A stretch of DNA of 64,000 nucleotides, from assembly GCA_012026655.1 (NCBI GenBank), contig JAAILG010000062.1, positions 1 to 64,000 of the forward strand, written 5' to 3'. This document shows positions 52,164 to 64,000 of the stretch, piece after piece. The translations under genes and the position numbers were made by a program. The stretch's first letter is position 1; each line of letters opens with the position of its first letter. Source of the DNA: Hydrolagus affinis. Taxonomy: Eukaryota. The notes below the pieces were generated by a model. It saw only the letters and a list, made by a program, of their open reading frames with translations, made no database searches and was not told where the DNA came from.

Positions 52164-52324
52164 TACTCAGCACTTTGAAATTCAACTTGTAACACAGTAT
52201 ATTTTGAGAAATTTACAGATAGTGTATAACCTGATCTGTGCTATTGTACCTACCTAGTTATCTATTACTCTATTTTATTAGCATTATACTGTAGTTGTAG
52301 AGAGCGGGACTTGGTGTAGTTTGC

Positions 52325-52712
52325 CTCAATTGATAGCATTCTTCTCTCTGCATCAAAGATTATGAGTTTTAGCCCCACATTGGGACTTATGAGCTCATAG
52401 TCCAGGCTCATACAATGGTCTAGTACTGGGGAGAGTGCTATATTGTGGATGGTGTTTTCTTTTGGATGCTTCATCCAATCAAGATCCCATCTGGCTTCTC
52501 ATCTGAGTGTTAGATCCGTTGATATTATTTAAAAAGAGAATGGGGTTTATGGAAACACTGATGTCTCGGCCAATAAATTGACTGCTTGTGGGCACTTGCT
52601 GTCACAAATAGTTACCATGAGTTACAGTCACTACACTTGATAGAAATAATTGAACCTTTGAATTGCTTTGAGACATTTTAACATGATAAGGTGATACAAA
52701 AATGCAAGTCCT
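52325..52712 (+). mobile_element. Full-length old DeuSINE (SacSINE1-like)
   Basis: Degraded tRNA head, GAGCTCATAGTCCAGGCT, CAGTCACTACACTTGA, TGCTTTGAGACA...AAATGCAAGTCC. Confidence 0.8.
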
Positions 52713-53129
52713 TATTTACAGGATACCATTACAGGTTTTGTTCAGTTTGAAGTCACCAATGACTTTCTATTTTGTCAGATGTCTGTGGAAGTTTATGTTT
52801 TGCATTGAAGATGTGAATTTATGTCTGTGCCCTTTAGATAGTGCAGCCTTGTCTTCTCTTATTATAAATATGCTTCAAAACTCCTTGTAGAATTAATCTG
52901 CTGGAGAACTGCATGTAGGTGTTCTGTTGTGTGAACTACCTTGACACTGAGGAGTACAATAAAAGTATTATTTTAAAGATAATATCATAATTCAATATTG
53001 TATCCAAATAACTTTCTAATTGTTATTTCTTTAAAAACTTCTCGGCATCACTATTTTTAAATGAGAAAGTACATTATGTAAACCTGTTCCAAATCGTATT
53101 TCTCTGTAGGGTATCCTGCACAAGGCTCC

Positions 53130-53480
53130 CCAAGCCTATCATCACAGCCCTATTGGTTCTCCATTCCCTAGATAAAGTTCCATATCCTTATTCTTATTTT
53201 TAAATCCCTCTAGTCTCACTCCACCCTACATCTGTGACTTTCTATACCACTACCAACCTGCCTGCTCTCTCCACTAGGCAGTCTGCTCTGCATCACTGTC
53301 CTGCCTACCCTACCATCAGCAGTTTGGTCTTCAGCCTTTCTGATTCCACTCCCTGAAACCCCATCCTAGCATCCCCTTTCCCATCTCCGTCAAGGTCTAC
53401 CTGAAGACCTTTCTGTTTACCGTGCCATATTCTCAAACCCATCCCCTCTTGGCTCCCATCCCTCTAGAATCCAACCCTCA
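53130..53480 (+). mobile_element. Degraded L2 LINE 3' region
   Basis: TATTGGTTCTCCATTCCC...ATCCTTATTCTTATTTTTAAATCCCTC...CCACCCTACATCTGTGACTTTCTA...CTGAAGACCTTTCTGTTT corresponds to 'HWLPI..FKILxLxFKSL..PPYLxDLL...LKTFLF'. Confidence 0.8.
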
Positions 53481-56400
53481 GCTTGGGTGCAAACATTCAT
53501 GTTTACATGGACCAGGACCTTTGCAGGCGCAAGAGAACTGAGTTTATTGGCACATTAAGCACTAAGTCCATTGTTTACATTAGTCATTGCTCCTGGCAGG
53601 ATTGGGTAGATTTGAAACCTGAAGTTATGGAGACTTGGCTGCATAAAGCTGACATTCACTTCAACAACATACAGGCCGGAAGGAATTTTCCTTGCAGTCT
53701 ACATGCCATGTATTTGGTGTGCAAAACAGACTGATGATATTCTCCCTCAATCAATTCACAACTGTAGTGGCCCAGAACTGCTGCTATGACTGCCATCAAC
53801 TAACTCTGAACAGACTGGAAATCAGTTGTCTGACTAGGAGCATATGCTCTTTTTTACCTTTTGTAATTCAACACAAAACATTGTGTAGAAAATGCATCTG
53901 TGAATGAGTTAGATGGCTGTAAGCTTCTGTTGGGGTTCAGTTAGCATTTATAAACCACTCAAGCTTTGCTCTTCACTATAAGGCATCACCTATTCCTCTA
54001 TTAGATTACAGCCTGCAACTCACTCCACATACTTATTATTCCAAATGTAATTTACAGTTTTGACCCATCAAAAGCTTTGCTTCCAGCTGCCAGAGCATGG
54101 AGCTTGTTAAGGGATGGGGCACCGACGAGGGTATAAAAAGACGTAGATGGAATAAAATGACCTCAGATAAAATTGACATAAATGTAAACGTAACCACATT
54201 AAATGAGACTTTCCATACATAATGTGACACTAACACTACCTGCGACGTATCATGAGATTGCACAGCGAATGGAAAAATGTCTGTAAAAACATGACAGGTA
54301 ATGTTTTACTTGTGTCAGTTAAGTCTTTTTACAAAAAAAATAGTTTTCCATCGCTTCAGGTCTCAGAAGCCAATTGGATATGGGATTTTGCATTCATGTT
54401 TTTTTTACTGTATGCAAATAGTGTGCACTTATCAGGTTTATTTTTGTGTGAGCAGTAGGGATTTCCCAAGCTTAAAGTACTGACCTCTGGGTTCAGTATT
54501 TTTGTTCACATTTTGAGTAATAAAACAACCTCTAGTCTTTGCTTGACACAAGAACAAGTTTATTTGCCTTTTCCCTAGGGGGTAGATTTTTCACACCACA
54601 TAAAATAGGAAAAACAAATACTGAGACTTCCAACTTCCTCTAAAGCCCTTTATCTCTGCCTACTTGGCAGTGGGTATTGGACCAAACTAAATGCATAAAA
54701 GTCAAGATTATAACACGGACATTTATTGTATCCATTATAAGCTGTAAAATATGATTTTGGAAGTATAAAAAAGTGAGGCATTCTGAAAGTCAGCATTTCT
54801 GCTCTTTCATATGCAGTAGGGAAAAACACATCAGAGGTACAATATTCAATAAATATAATAAACATCCCTATGAAACAAATTGTTCATAAACTACCTGTTT
54901 AATTTTTTAGAGTTTCTGAACCATATATTTTCTTATTAGTTCTGAGCCTGCTGGGTTCCTGGATGGATGGTGAATGTCATGGGCTGAATATAATGTAGCA
55001 GCTTTATGAATTATTTCTGAGAGGAGAAGCCTATTACAGCTGACAGGAGGATGATGATATTAAACCATCACAGTTCAGCTGGTACCACCCTCCCCCTACA
55101 TCCATCACTCCCTCTCATAGCAGTTACAAGTCACAGTATCTCCCACTGAGAGATTTCTAGCACCAAGACAAATACTGCCCTTTCTTGAAACCATGAAACA
55201 TTTAGTATTTCATTTTGGATCATGGCAGATGCCAGTAACAAATAGCCTAATGAATCTCACTTATTGTCTCTGTGAGTTTTAAGCAATCCAGTTGAAGAGA
55301 GAATCTTCTATTTATTTTTCCACTTCCTCTCGTGTACCCTCTCATGCACTATCAATTCTATCCCCCACCCACTTCCATTTATTATTCGGAGAAATAGTAA
55401 AAAAAATATTCAAGATGCACCCTGCGGGCAGTGAGAATATTCTGTTGCCAGTCATCAGCGAGCCTTTGTGATTTGTTAAAGTGTGGTGGAAAAGCAAAGC
55501 GTGTTGATACAAAGCTTAAACAGCGTTGAAGTAACCTAGCATGGTGGAACTGTGCTGTGTTGTGTTATTTGTATGCATCCTTGACCATCCTTCAAACTTA
55601 CCCACCCCACCAAGGTAGGTCTTGCCAATTCTCTCACTAAGGCTGCTGGACAGTGGGCTGGTTTGACAAAGGGACCATCTTGGAACTGCAAAATGCATTC
55701 ACAGTCAGGTTAATCAAATAGTTTTAGTAAGGGTGGTGAGGAAGATGTTGACAGCCTTGCCTGCCTGCTCATCCCTCTGTGAGGAAGCAAGAGGCATTCA
55801 GGGAACGAGAAGCAGTAGATGGGAATTGGAAGAAAGAGTGGTTGGGGTGGGGGGGTGGGGGTGAAGAGAAGGTGTGAATGAATAAAACATATTACAGTAG
55901 TTACATATAGTATTTGGATGGACTCGTGATGAGTTTTGTCAATTTCTTGCTGGTCACTGCAGTTGGATGTCTCATGTATTACCTCGGGCTATATTACTTC
56001 TTGTAGAACAATATTTTCCATTGGCTTGAGAACATCGGCTTGGAATTCCAAGCCGGGCAAGAATTTCACTGTTTGCTCACCTGTACTTCCATCTGACTGC
56101 TTTGAGGTGAGAATTTTTGAGAGGGTGTGGGAAGGAGGGGAGAAAGAAAAGAGAAAAAAAATCGTAGGAAAATGTGGTTGACAGTATAATTTGCCATTCA
56201 GGAGTGAGCAAGAATGCATAACTAATGAGTACTGCGGCTCCTGTGAATTATCTGACTCATTCTCATAAGTGAAATTCAAAGCAGATTATACTGCCAATCA
56301 GGTATTGTTCTTTTCATTCCTTGCAAGTGCTGAAAAATAATAGGAAAATAGGAGGGTGGAGCGAAAAAAAGGAACATTTACACAAAGAAACATTATTACA

Positions 56401-58324
56401 TTATTACCGAGAGCATAAGAATGACACCTTGATATTTTCACTCCACTTTTGATATTTACATTGTAATTCACTGCTATCAAGTTCAATGGAATAAAATGTA
56501 AGGAGCCATACTGCCCACTTATCTTTAACTGTAATTTGTATATTTGTCATTATATGCTTTTTACAGCAGATCAGGTTTGTCATTGTTTCTCTCAAAATGC
56601 TTGCAACATTGTTGGACTGAAGAAGTCCACAGTCATTTTTTTTAAGGAGCAGCCAGCTTCCTTTAGTTTGACACAAAAATGCAATTATTACACCGACACA
56701 CAGCTAACTGAAAATTTCACACCTTTTTTCCTTCACATATAAAGTTAACAGGATTAATTTTTTTTCTGCTCAGACTAATCAGGGCTTCAGATCAGAAAGG
56801 TTGGTAATGAGCTAACTTTGGAGTTGCTGACATTAAAATCTATTGCAGTAGTGAAGATGAGATTTTTTTTTCCCCCTTGTCTCCTTGTCCTTACCCTTTC
56901 GAAGGGTAAGGTAATTAAGGTAATAGGATTCTACAATTCTAAAACTAGACGTTCTTGCTAATAGGCAGCTCCAACTTGCAAATGCAAAATCATTGTTTGT
57001 TACCCAGTGTGAGTTGAATATAACTGATATGTGCAGTTAAAGGAGCTTGCTTTGTTGACCTATAAAAAAACGTGGGAGAAACATATTTGCAATTATTTAA
57101 AGAAAATCAATTCATATTATGCACAGATGGTGCAAGCATGCTTTTAATAGCACAAGCACTGACTCTGTCTTTTTGCTGTTGATTTCCTTTAAATGCTTCA
57201 GAAGAAATATAATTTATTACTTTTGAAGCCACACCTTAAATATCATGCTTGTAGCACATATTGCTTAATGTCATTCAGGTAAATAAAGCTGAAATATTGC
57301 GAGGCCCAAGTGCCATGTTTCATTATCTATGACTAACCATGGAACAGATTGTAATGATGAGCTTTTGACAGTGGAACTTTTTCCTGCAATAATCCTTTGT
57401 TATTTACAAAACTTCAATACAACTGCTAGACCGAAAGCTCAGTAAATACTATACATACATATGTCACCTCTGTGGGGTTTTCAGCAATATATTAGGCATT
57501 GCCCATCTCTTATCAGTATGCTGATGTTATTGTAACATAAATTTTCTTCAGACCATAAGATATGGTTAATTTAGAATGATCCTTACATTTCTTTTCACGT
57601 CAGGAACACATTTCAAAGTGCAATTTACTAATAAACTGGATACAGTGTCATACTTAGTGTCTGCTCTATAAGAAGGGAAAGTGAACTGGTTTTATGTCAT
57701 GTGTATATGTTGATGTGCTTTACAGAAGGGTGCTACTTCAGTTACTTTATGACCTGGATCTTTCCTCTCGCGCTGTTTACTTTTTTATCTTGTCACATGC
57801 AGTGATCTGTTGAAACACTCAATTATTTAAACCATAATTCATTGATGATGGAAACTTCCAAGCAAGTTTTAAAGTGTTAATTTTTTTAAATTATTTTGAT
57901 CCCAAAGGAAAGCCAAGGAAAACCACGTGTGTTTTTTTATTTTATTTAAAACCAGGTCCAGACTCAAAGGTGTTTATGAACATGTTCAGAAGTGAGCCTG
58001 GAATCTCACTCACTGCCACTGATAACCTTAGACTGGCATGACGTTTCGCTAGGGACAACCCAAGCAGCAGAATCATCGGACTAATCTTCTGTCCCTGATG
58101 CTCCTGTTATTTCATCCCAAGAAGTTTGATAGGCTATGGCTTTGGTGGCTTGGCAAACCAGGTAAAATGAGAGATCACGGAGTGGCAAAATTCTAATTCA
58201 GTCCAGTCATTTATCTGCTTGTGTCTATCAAACCGGAGTTGGTTGAACCCTGCAAAAGGTCAAACTTGAAATGCATGCTATCAAACCTCTCCCAGGATTT
58301 TGAGATGAAGTGATCGTCTGACGG

Positions 58325-58420
58325 AGGGTTGCCACCTAGATGGCGTGGTACCCACGTTATTTGATGATACCCGTGATGAGAGAAAACTGTCAGAAGCTTC
58401 TGACGGGAGAAATGTACGGT
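58325..58420 (+). mobile_element. Possible hAT (Tip100-like) MITE terminus
   Basis: AGGGTTGCCA terminal motif followed by CpG-rich sequence containing CCCGTGA and ACGGGAGA subterminal-type motifs. Confidence 0.4.
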
Positions 58421-58916
58421 GTTTTCTTTTTCTTACCACTAATGCTTCTTGTTTGCCTGCAGCAACTGATTTCAAGTTGTAGATGTGGGAAGAACTTGTT
58501 TGTCCAAAAATGAATGGGATGTGGGGGGTTGTCAAACCAAGTTTTCTCTTCCTCTAGTATCTTACTCAAGTGGCCATTATCGAGTATTGTCAGACTTCAT
58601 CCCCGTTATTTTACTTTGTGTAATTGTAATTTGCTCCTGGATTAGCTATCCTGGATTAGCGATGTTTTTGAAATACATCTGTGAACATTGCAGCTCCTTA
58701 CATATTCAAATGTCAAGTGTGACTGATGCATTGGTGCCTAATTTTGTGCTTGTTAATATTACTATTTAACATGTTTATTTAAAAGGTTCATAAAGTACTA
58801 CACAAGTGCCTATTTTGGGGTATGGATTAAATGGCATTTCTGATACTCTTGATCCAACCATTTTCAAGGGAGATAATCTCTTGTGGATTAACTATCATTC
58901 TGCAATTTTGATGAGT

Positions 58917-58969
58917 TTGTGTGCATGCGTATGTGTATGTGTGTGTGTGTGTGTGTGTATGTGTGTGTG
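58917..58969. repeat. Imperfect (TG)n microsatellite
   Basis: Directly visible. Confidence 0.95.
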
Positions 58970-59598
58970 TATTAGTATCTATGGATTTAACGGAATAATT
59001 TCCAATAGTCTTTCAGGGAGCTGTTGGTGCAGAAAGTGGTGAATACTGTCCTCAAAATGACAGTGTAGACAGCCATTTATTCCCAGTCTTTCACTGCCTG
59101 CCTTTTATAGGGCAAATTCTCTATCTTTAAATGTACTTTGGTGTTGACGGATTTGTGATACTATTAAAGCACAACCTTACCACACTGACCATCATGGGGT
59201 TGGACTGGGACAGTTTTAATCTAACATAAAAGATAAAATACCGCAGTATGTAGTACATAATTTTAAGAACATGCTTAATGCTTTTGTTTGCTGCCAGCTC
59301 TCTCAATGTTTTCTTTATCTTTATCATCATCATTTTACACAGCTCACAATTATAACAAATCTGCATTTCTGTTATAAAACTATAGAACCATTCCCAATGT
59401 TTTCCCATTGCATCCTCTGTTAATTTAGGGAATAACAGTCACTACAGTACCTGCCTTGTTACAGCATGCAGAATGCTTGGCTTCCGTGGAGCATATTATA
59501 ATGAGGAGAGGGTTAGTGTCTAATTTCCTGACAGGTTGAACAGAGAGGAAAGAAAGCTAAGGGAGAGTGATGGAAGAGCTAGTTCCTCAGAAATAAAG

Positions 59599-59939
59599 CA
59601 AAAATCTATTCTGTTGTGTGTTGTCGTCTTTCGCATCACGATTTTTCATTTTGTACCCGTGCCTTTCTCTTTTATTCTTTTTTATAATGCATTGTTCTAA
59701 TGGTTTCTTTCTTTTTTTCCCTCCCAATTTGTCCCTTTCCTGTGCAAAACTGACAATGCTGGATACCTTGTGTTTCTGTTCAACTGGTTTGAATCCATGC
59801 GTACATTGACTGCTAATGTTTTTGCAGGAAATAACAGTTATGATTCAACAATCCCCATCTCATTTTGCCAAATCTTTTAAAATGCGATTTCCTTCTCTGT
59901 TACCACAAGGAGGGATTTCTGTTGCCTAAAATAATAACT
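59599..59939 (+). promoter_or_regulatory. Extended AG-exclusion zone, 3' splice site and candidate alternative exon (59828-59939)
   Basis: No AG from 59599 to 59825, long pyrimidine tracts, branch-like GCTAAT followed by GTTTTTGCAG|G, and candidate donor ACT|GTATGT at 59940. Confidence 0.5.
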
Positions 59940-62324
59940 GTATGTACTTTCAATACTCTTGCTAAAAGGGAAAAATCAACAATATGGCTTACGTTTCCTG
60001 AAATAGCAATTATTATAGTCTATATTTAGACCATTTGCTTCATAACTGATTTAACTATTATTTCAGATGCCAAAGTATTTGTTAAGATGATGAATCAAGT
60101 GGAATACAATAGTCATAAACCACAGTTGTACCACAGATCATGCAAGTATGAATGCACTACATATTCTACAGTGGAGGGTTTTAATCAAACAGCCATTTGC
60201 TGGTTTTGAATCAATGTTCACTGGTGTCTGCTGTGTCACTTGAACAGCCTCTTGTGCACGATACATCATTTGACACGATTCAGGATAGTCAGAATGGTAT
60301 GCCATCCACTGCTGATCTTGGTAGACTTGGTTGTTTAAACAGGGTAGACTGGACCAGTGCCTAATATTATCCTTACAGCAGCTACTTTGGATGAAAGTGC
60401 AAAGTCTCATGTTCCATCACTTGGACATTAATCTAATGTACAGCTTCCAAAATTTTAGGATGCTGAATATTATATAGTTTTCTTCGCTGGCACCCTAAAC
60501 TTTTAAAATGCATTCTCCTCAAAAATATAACAAACATGCTATATATATAAATATATATATATGTGTGGCAACACCTGAGGAAATTGACATGTAATGTTAT
60601 GTTACTATAGCAGTTTATAATCTCTGTATCAAAATACAGATGAATCGTGCTTTATCCAATTGGCCTGGGTGGACAAAAAAGTCACTTAGAATTAGATTTG
60701 CGTGTAGCCAGAATGGCGGCCTGACCAAAACTAAGGCCTTTAGTCACTAAGCTTCTGCAGTTCTGTAAAATTGTATTTTTTGGCAAATATGCAGAGCTTT
60801 TGTATTGGTAGAGTATTCACAAACGGAGGTATTGTGAAAACAGTGTACAGCTGCCGAAATGTTGCTGAATGCCATGTGGAATTCATGTGAACCATAGACC
60901 TGCAAACTTGGTTGAATACTGATATTTAGCATTCAAATAGAGGCGTGGACATGCAATTAGTATTAGTGTGCTATTCACTACATGTTACTGATCTGCAAAG
61001 TGACACTGCATGAAAATCGAATTACAGGAATGTCAAGTTCCTCTTATTGACTTGCAAACAGTATAAGTATCAGATGCGTTGCTATTGATTGGGTTTCTCA
61101 CAATGCCCTTAATGCCCACATAAATGCAAGGTGGGAATATTTTGAACCTCTACCCGCCGCTTCTGAAGCAGATATTTTATCCCAGTGTAATTTTTCCAGA
61201 AAGGCAGATACCCAAGTCATTAGGAGGTTAAAGGTTTAATAAGTATGGAGCATTGGACATCTGCCATAAGCTGAAGGGGAAAACTTGGAGTTCAGCTGCT
61301 ATGAGTGTTCATGTAAAACGTGCAGCAACATGAATCCACTTAGTCCATTGCAGGTAAAAACAACATCAAGTATCACAGCACAAACCCTATCAAACTAAAT
61401 GCACACTTTATATTCGGCCTCACATTCTCCCGCTGCCCAGTCAAGCCTAATTGTCAATGCTTGTGCTGCACTTGCACAACACGTTCGTTCATGTCTCTGG
61501 TTTTCATGGTTGTGACATGATAATAGGATCCACTTGTAAACTTGCTCTTATGGGTTAAATGAGACTGTTCTGCACAGATATTCAACAAATCGGGTAAAGC
61601 AGTCCATGGCTTTAAAGGCTTTTGCCAAACCATTGAGCAGTGTGTTTCAGTGAATACTGAAGCACTTCTGCATATGTTTCATATACTGTATTCTGTGAGC
61701 TAAAGGCAACACTGTTCAAAACAGGGCCCTATGTTGTCACCATTCAAAGCCATTCAGCATCACACACAAGGGATACGAAAAGGGAAAATAACATTAAAAA
61801 GACCTTTATTGCTTTTTCATTATGCTTCCAAAAGAATGAATATAATTTATAACCAACAGGGTATTCATACAGTGTTCTGTTTGATATAAAAATGTAGATT
61901 GCATTAAATAAAAATTCAATTGAATCTTAATTTGGTGCAGCTAGACTGTATTATAGTGCTTCTGAACCATTCAAAATAATCTGGCTAGTGACCCATTACC
62001 TAGATGTGATTTATTCCCAACCAGAAGACTCAACTAGTTTGAGTCTGAGTCCTTTTGTCACACCAACTTGCTGACTCTGTTTTGGTGAATTCTGCCAGCT
62101 CTTAGCCAAGCCAAGAGACTGAGCAATTTACCTACTCCCTCACTCTTCAGTTGGTAAAAGGGAAGGCTGTTTTAAACAGAAGTGAGTTCAATTTTATCCA
62201 GGAAAATGTTGGCCAGGACTTTGCAGAGCATGGGTTTGCCAATACTGGTTCCTCACAGGTTATTAATTGAACCAAACAGCAGCAAATGTCCTTGGGTTAC
62301 CGACCTGGGGTTCTTAGTTTGACA

Positions 62325-62424
62325 NNNNNNNNNNNNNNNNNNNNNNNNNNNNNNNNNNNNNNNNNNNNNNNNNNNNNNNNNNNNNNNNNNNNNNNNNNNN
62401 NNNNNNNNNNNNNNNNNNNNNNNN
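62325..62424. other. Assembly gap (100 N) followed by a poly-C run
   Basis: Directly visible. Confidence 1.
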
Positions 62425-62444
62425 CCCCCCCCCCCCCCCCCCGC

Positions 62445-62538
62445 ATGATCCCACAAGCAGCTGTGAGGTGAATGACCAATTAATCTAGAGGTCTGGTGGC
62501 AAGGACACCACTAGAAATTCCCTTCTCCTTTCAAAAGA
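62445..62538 (-). mobile_element. DeuSINE internal fragment next to the gap
   Basis: GATCCCACAAGCAGCTGTGAGGTGAATGACCAATTAATC...GGCAAGGACACCACTAGAAATTCCCTTCTC. Confidence 0.7.
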
Positions 62539-64000
62539 TTTGAAAATTAGTTTTCAAATGGAAAACTCATATTATACAAAGAGGAGAGAGTAGTATGCAT
62601 TTAAACAAATAAAGTAATTAAGTAACACACAGCTCCACTTCATTGAGCAGAAGTGCTGCAAGGACACAGTAGAGCAGAGTGTTACATCTTCAAAGCAAAG
62701 CAGTTTCTGCAATAAATTAGTAACCAGTACCTGTCCACTAAGCTGACAGCTTGGAACTCCACTAAACTCATCACCACATTAATAAGAAAAGTGTTGTGTG
62801 TTGATGTGTAAGCCTGCAAATCATTATTTACCTTTCATGCCCAAATTATACATATTATCAAAGAAAGTCCTAATGAACCACAGCATACACTACAGAAGGA
62901 CTGCATCTTGACTGCATATTTCAGCACCCTTCAGAAGGCTGTACTACCAGTGTTAAAACCTGTCACCGAGTTTTGCATCACAATCATGAGATGTCTCACA
63001 CTTGTACATTTTTGCTTAAGGCTTCTTAGATACTGGCAGTATTGAACACAATACATGGAGGTACATGGACACTTAATGTAAAATTGCTAAAAACTTAGCT
63101 TAAAACGATGTGTCTGTTTAAGAGACCATTGACAAAAACGTATAGTACCACATCAATGTCCCTGAACGACGGTGATTAGTAAAATAGGCTGTAGGTATGG
63201 GGATATGCTGAGCACATATAGGTATGTCTTAGTGAAAGGTTTATTTCCCAGAGATGTTGGTAGAATGACAGGTGTATATATTTCTAAAAAAAATCCTTGA
63301 AAGATACAAAGGCAAACTTGTCAAAACAAAAAGGCACACACAACTTTTGCCACCTAACTGACACATGTGAATAGCTGCAATTTAACTATCAGAGAACACA
63401 GTTTAACAAAATCATGGCTTCATATAAAATATATGGGTCCATACATGCTGTTGTTGATACCATGGAGGAAGCATTAATTTATAGAATGTTAAAGTCATAA
63501 TCTTGGGTTGGGGGTGAATTATCCACTTGAAAATGTACACTTGCATCTATAACCTAAAGATTTCAGTACAAATTTCATTTTGCCCTGAATTTCTCCTAGC
63601 ATTTTTTTTAATATCGAGAAAGCAGATTAGGGGGTAATCTTAATGTAATAGAAAATAGAATAGTTTGAGTTTCACCTTTGCTGACAGTAGAAAGTATGAA
63701 TTCTTGATTGAAGCAGAATACAAATTGGTGGCAATACTTTGCACCTCCTCTGCACAGCACGGCACAGAGTAGATTGTGAACAGAGGTCAACTGGACCAGG
63801 TGGCATGCTACTGTCAGCATTCAGTCCTCTGGTGTTGAGACAACATCAAAGAGTGACATTTGGGAGCAATTCTGTGCTGTGAGATAGCCAGGTTTATTTT
63901 ACTTGTGAAAATTAGCTGTTAAACATGGGGAAAGTGGTTACCAGTTAGAAAAATTGCATTGATTGCAGATGAAGCACTATGTGTGAAGATTTTCGAAACT

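Noticed and set aside
55844-55861. G-quadruplex-capable G tracts
   Set aside because: Short G-runs are common here and there is no contextual evidence of function.
60138-60410. YPESCQMMYRAQEAVQ resembling the integrase motif YPQSNGxxERA
   Set aside because: The catalytic E and NG are absent and there is no flanking support, so it is compatible with chance.
62425-62442. Poly-C run and ORFs spanning the N gap
   Set aside because: Adjacent to an assembly gap; unreliable.
1-64000. Prokaryotic-type systems (operons, CRISPR, defence islands), rRNA or known miRNA genes
   Set aside because: The sequence is vertebrate non-coding DNA; I recognised no such signatures by eye.

Overview
AT-rich vertebrate genomic DNA with no recognisable intact protein-coding gene. 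The repeat content points to a cartilaginous fish, most likely a holocephalan such as Callorhinchus (inference). It includes tRNA-headed Deu-domain SINEs with L2-type 3' tails, CR1 and L2 LINE fragments, and a chondrichthyan-type Penelope terminus. The window reads as a large intron or gene desert: about 20 SINE copies in two age classes, several LINE fossils, DNA-transposon remnants (Tc1/mariner transposase C-terminus, Tigger-like end, hAT-like end), microsatellites, one 100-N gap, and repeat-free blocks that look like conserved non-coding elements. All listed ORFs appear spurious or TE-derived. The most notable observations are: (1) a 227-nt AG-free zone ending at a strong 3' splice site (59599-59827), followed by a candidate poison or alternative terminal exon; (2) a fossil minimal hammerhead ribozyme in a Penelope terminus (52125-52163, minus strand); (3) a ~600-bp foldback palindrome with a ~150-bp insertion in one arm (42400-43005); (4) a SINE inserted in opposite orientation into the head of another SINE, with a recognisable target-site duplication (12682-13308). 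I find no convincing novel multi-gene system. Repeat boundaries are approximate and family names come from recalled consensus motifs, not database searches.
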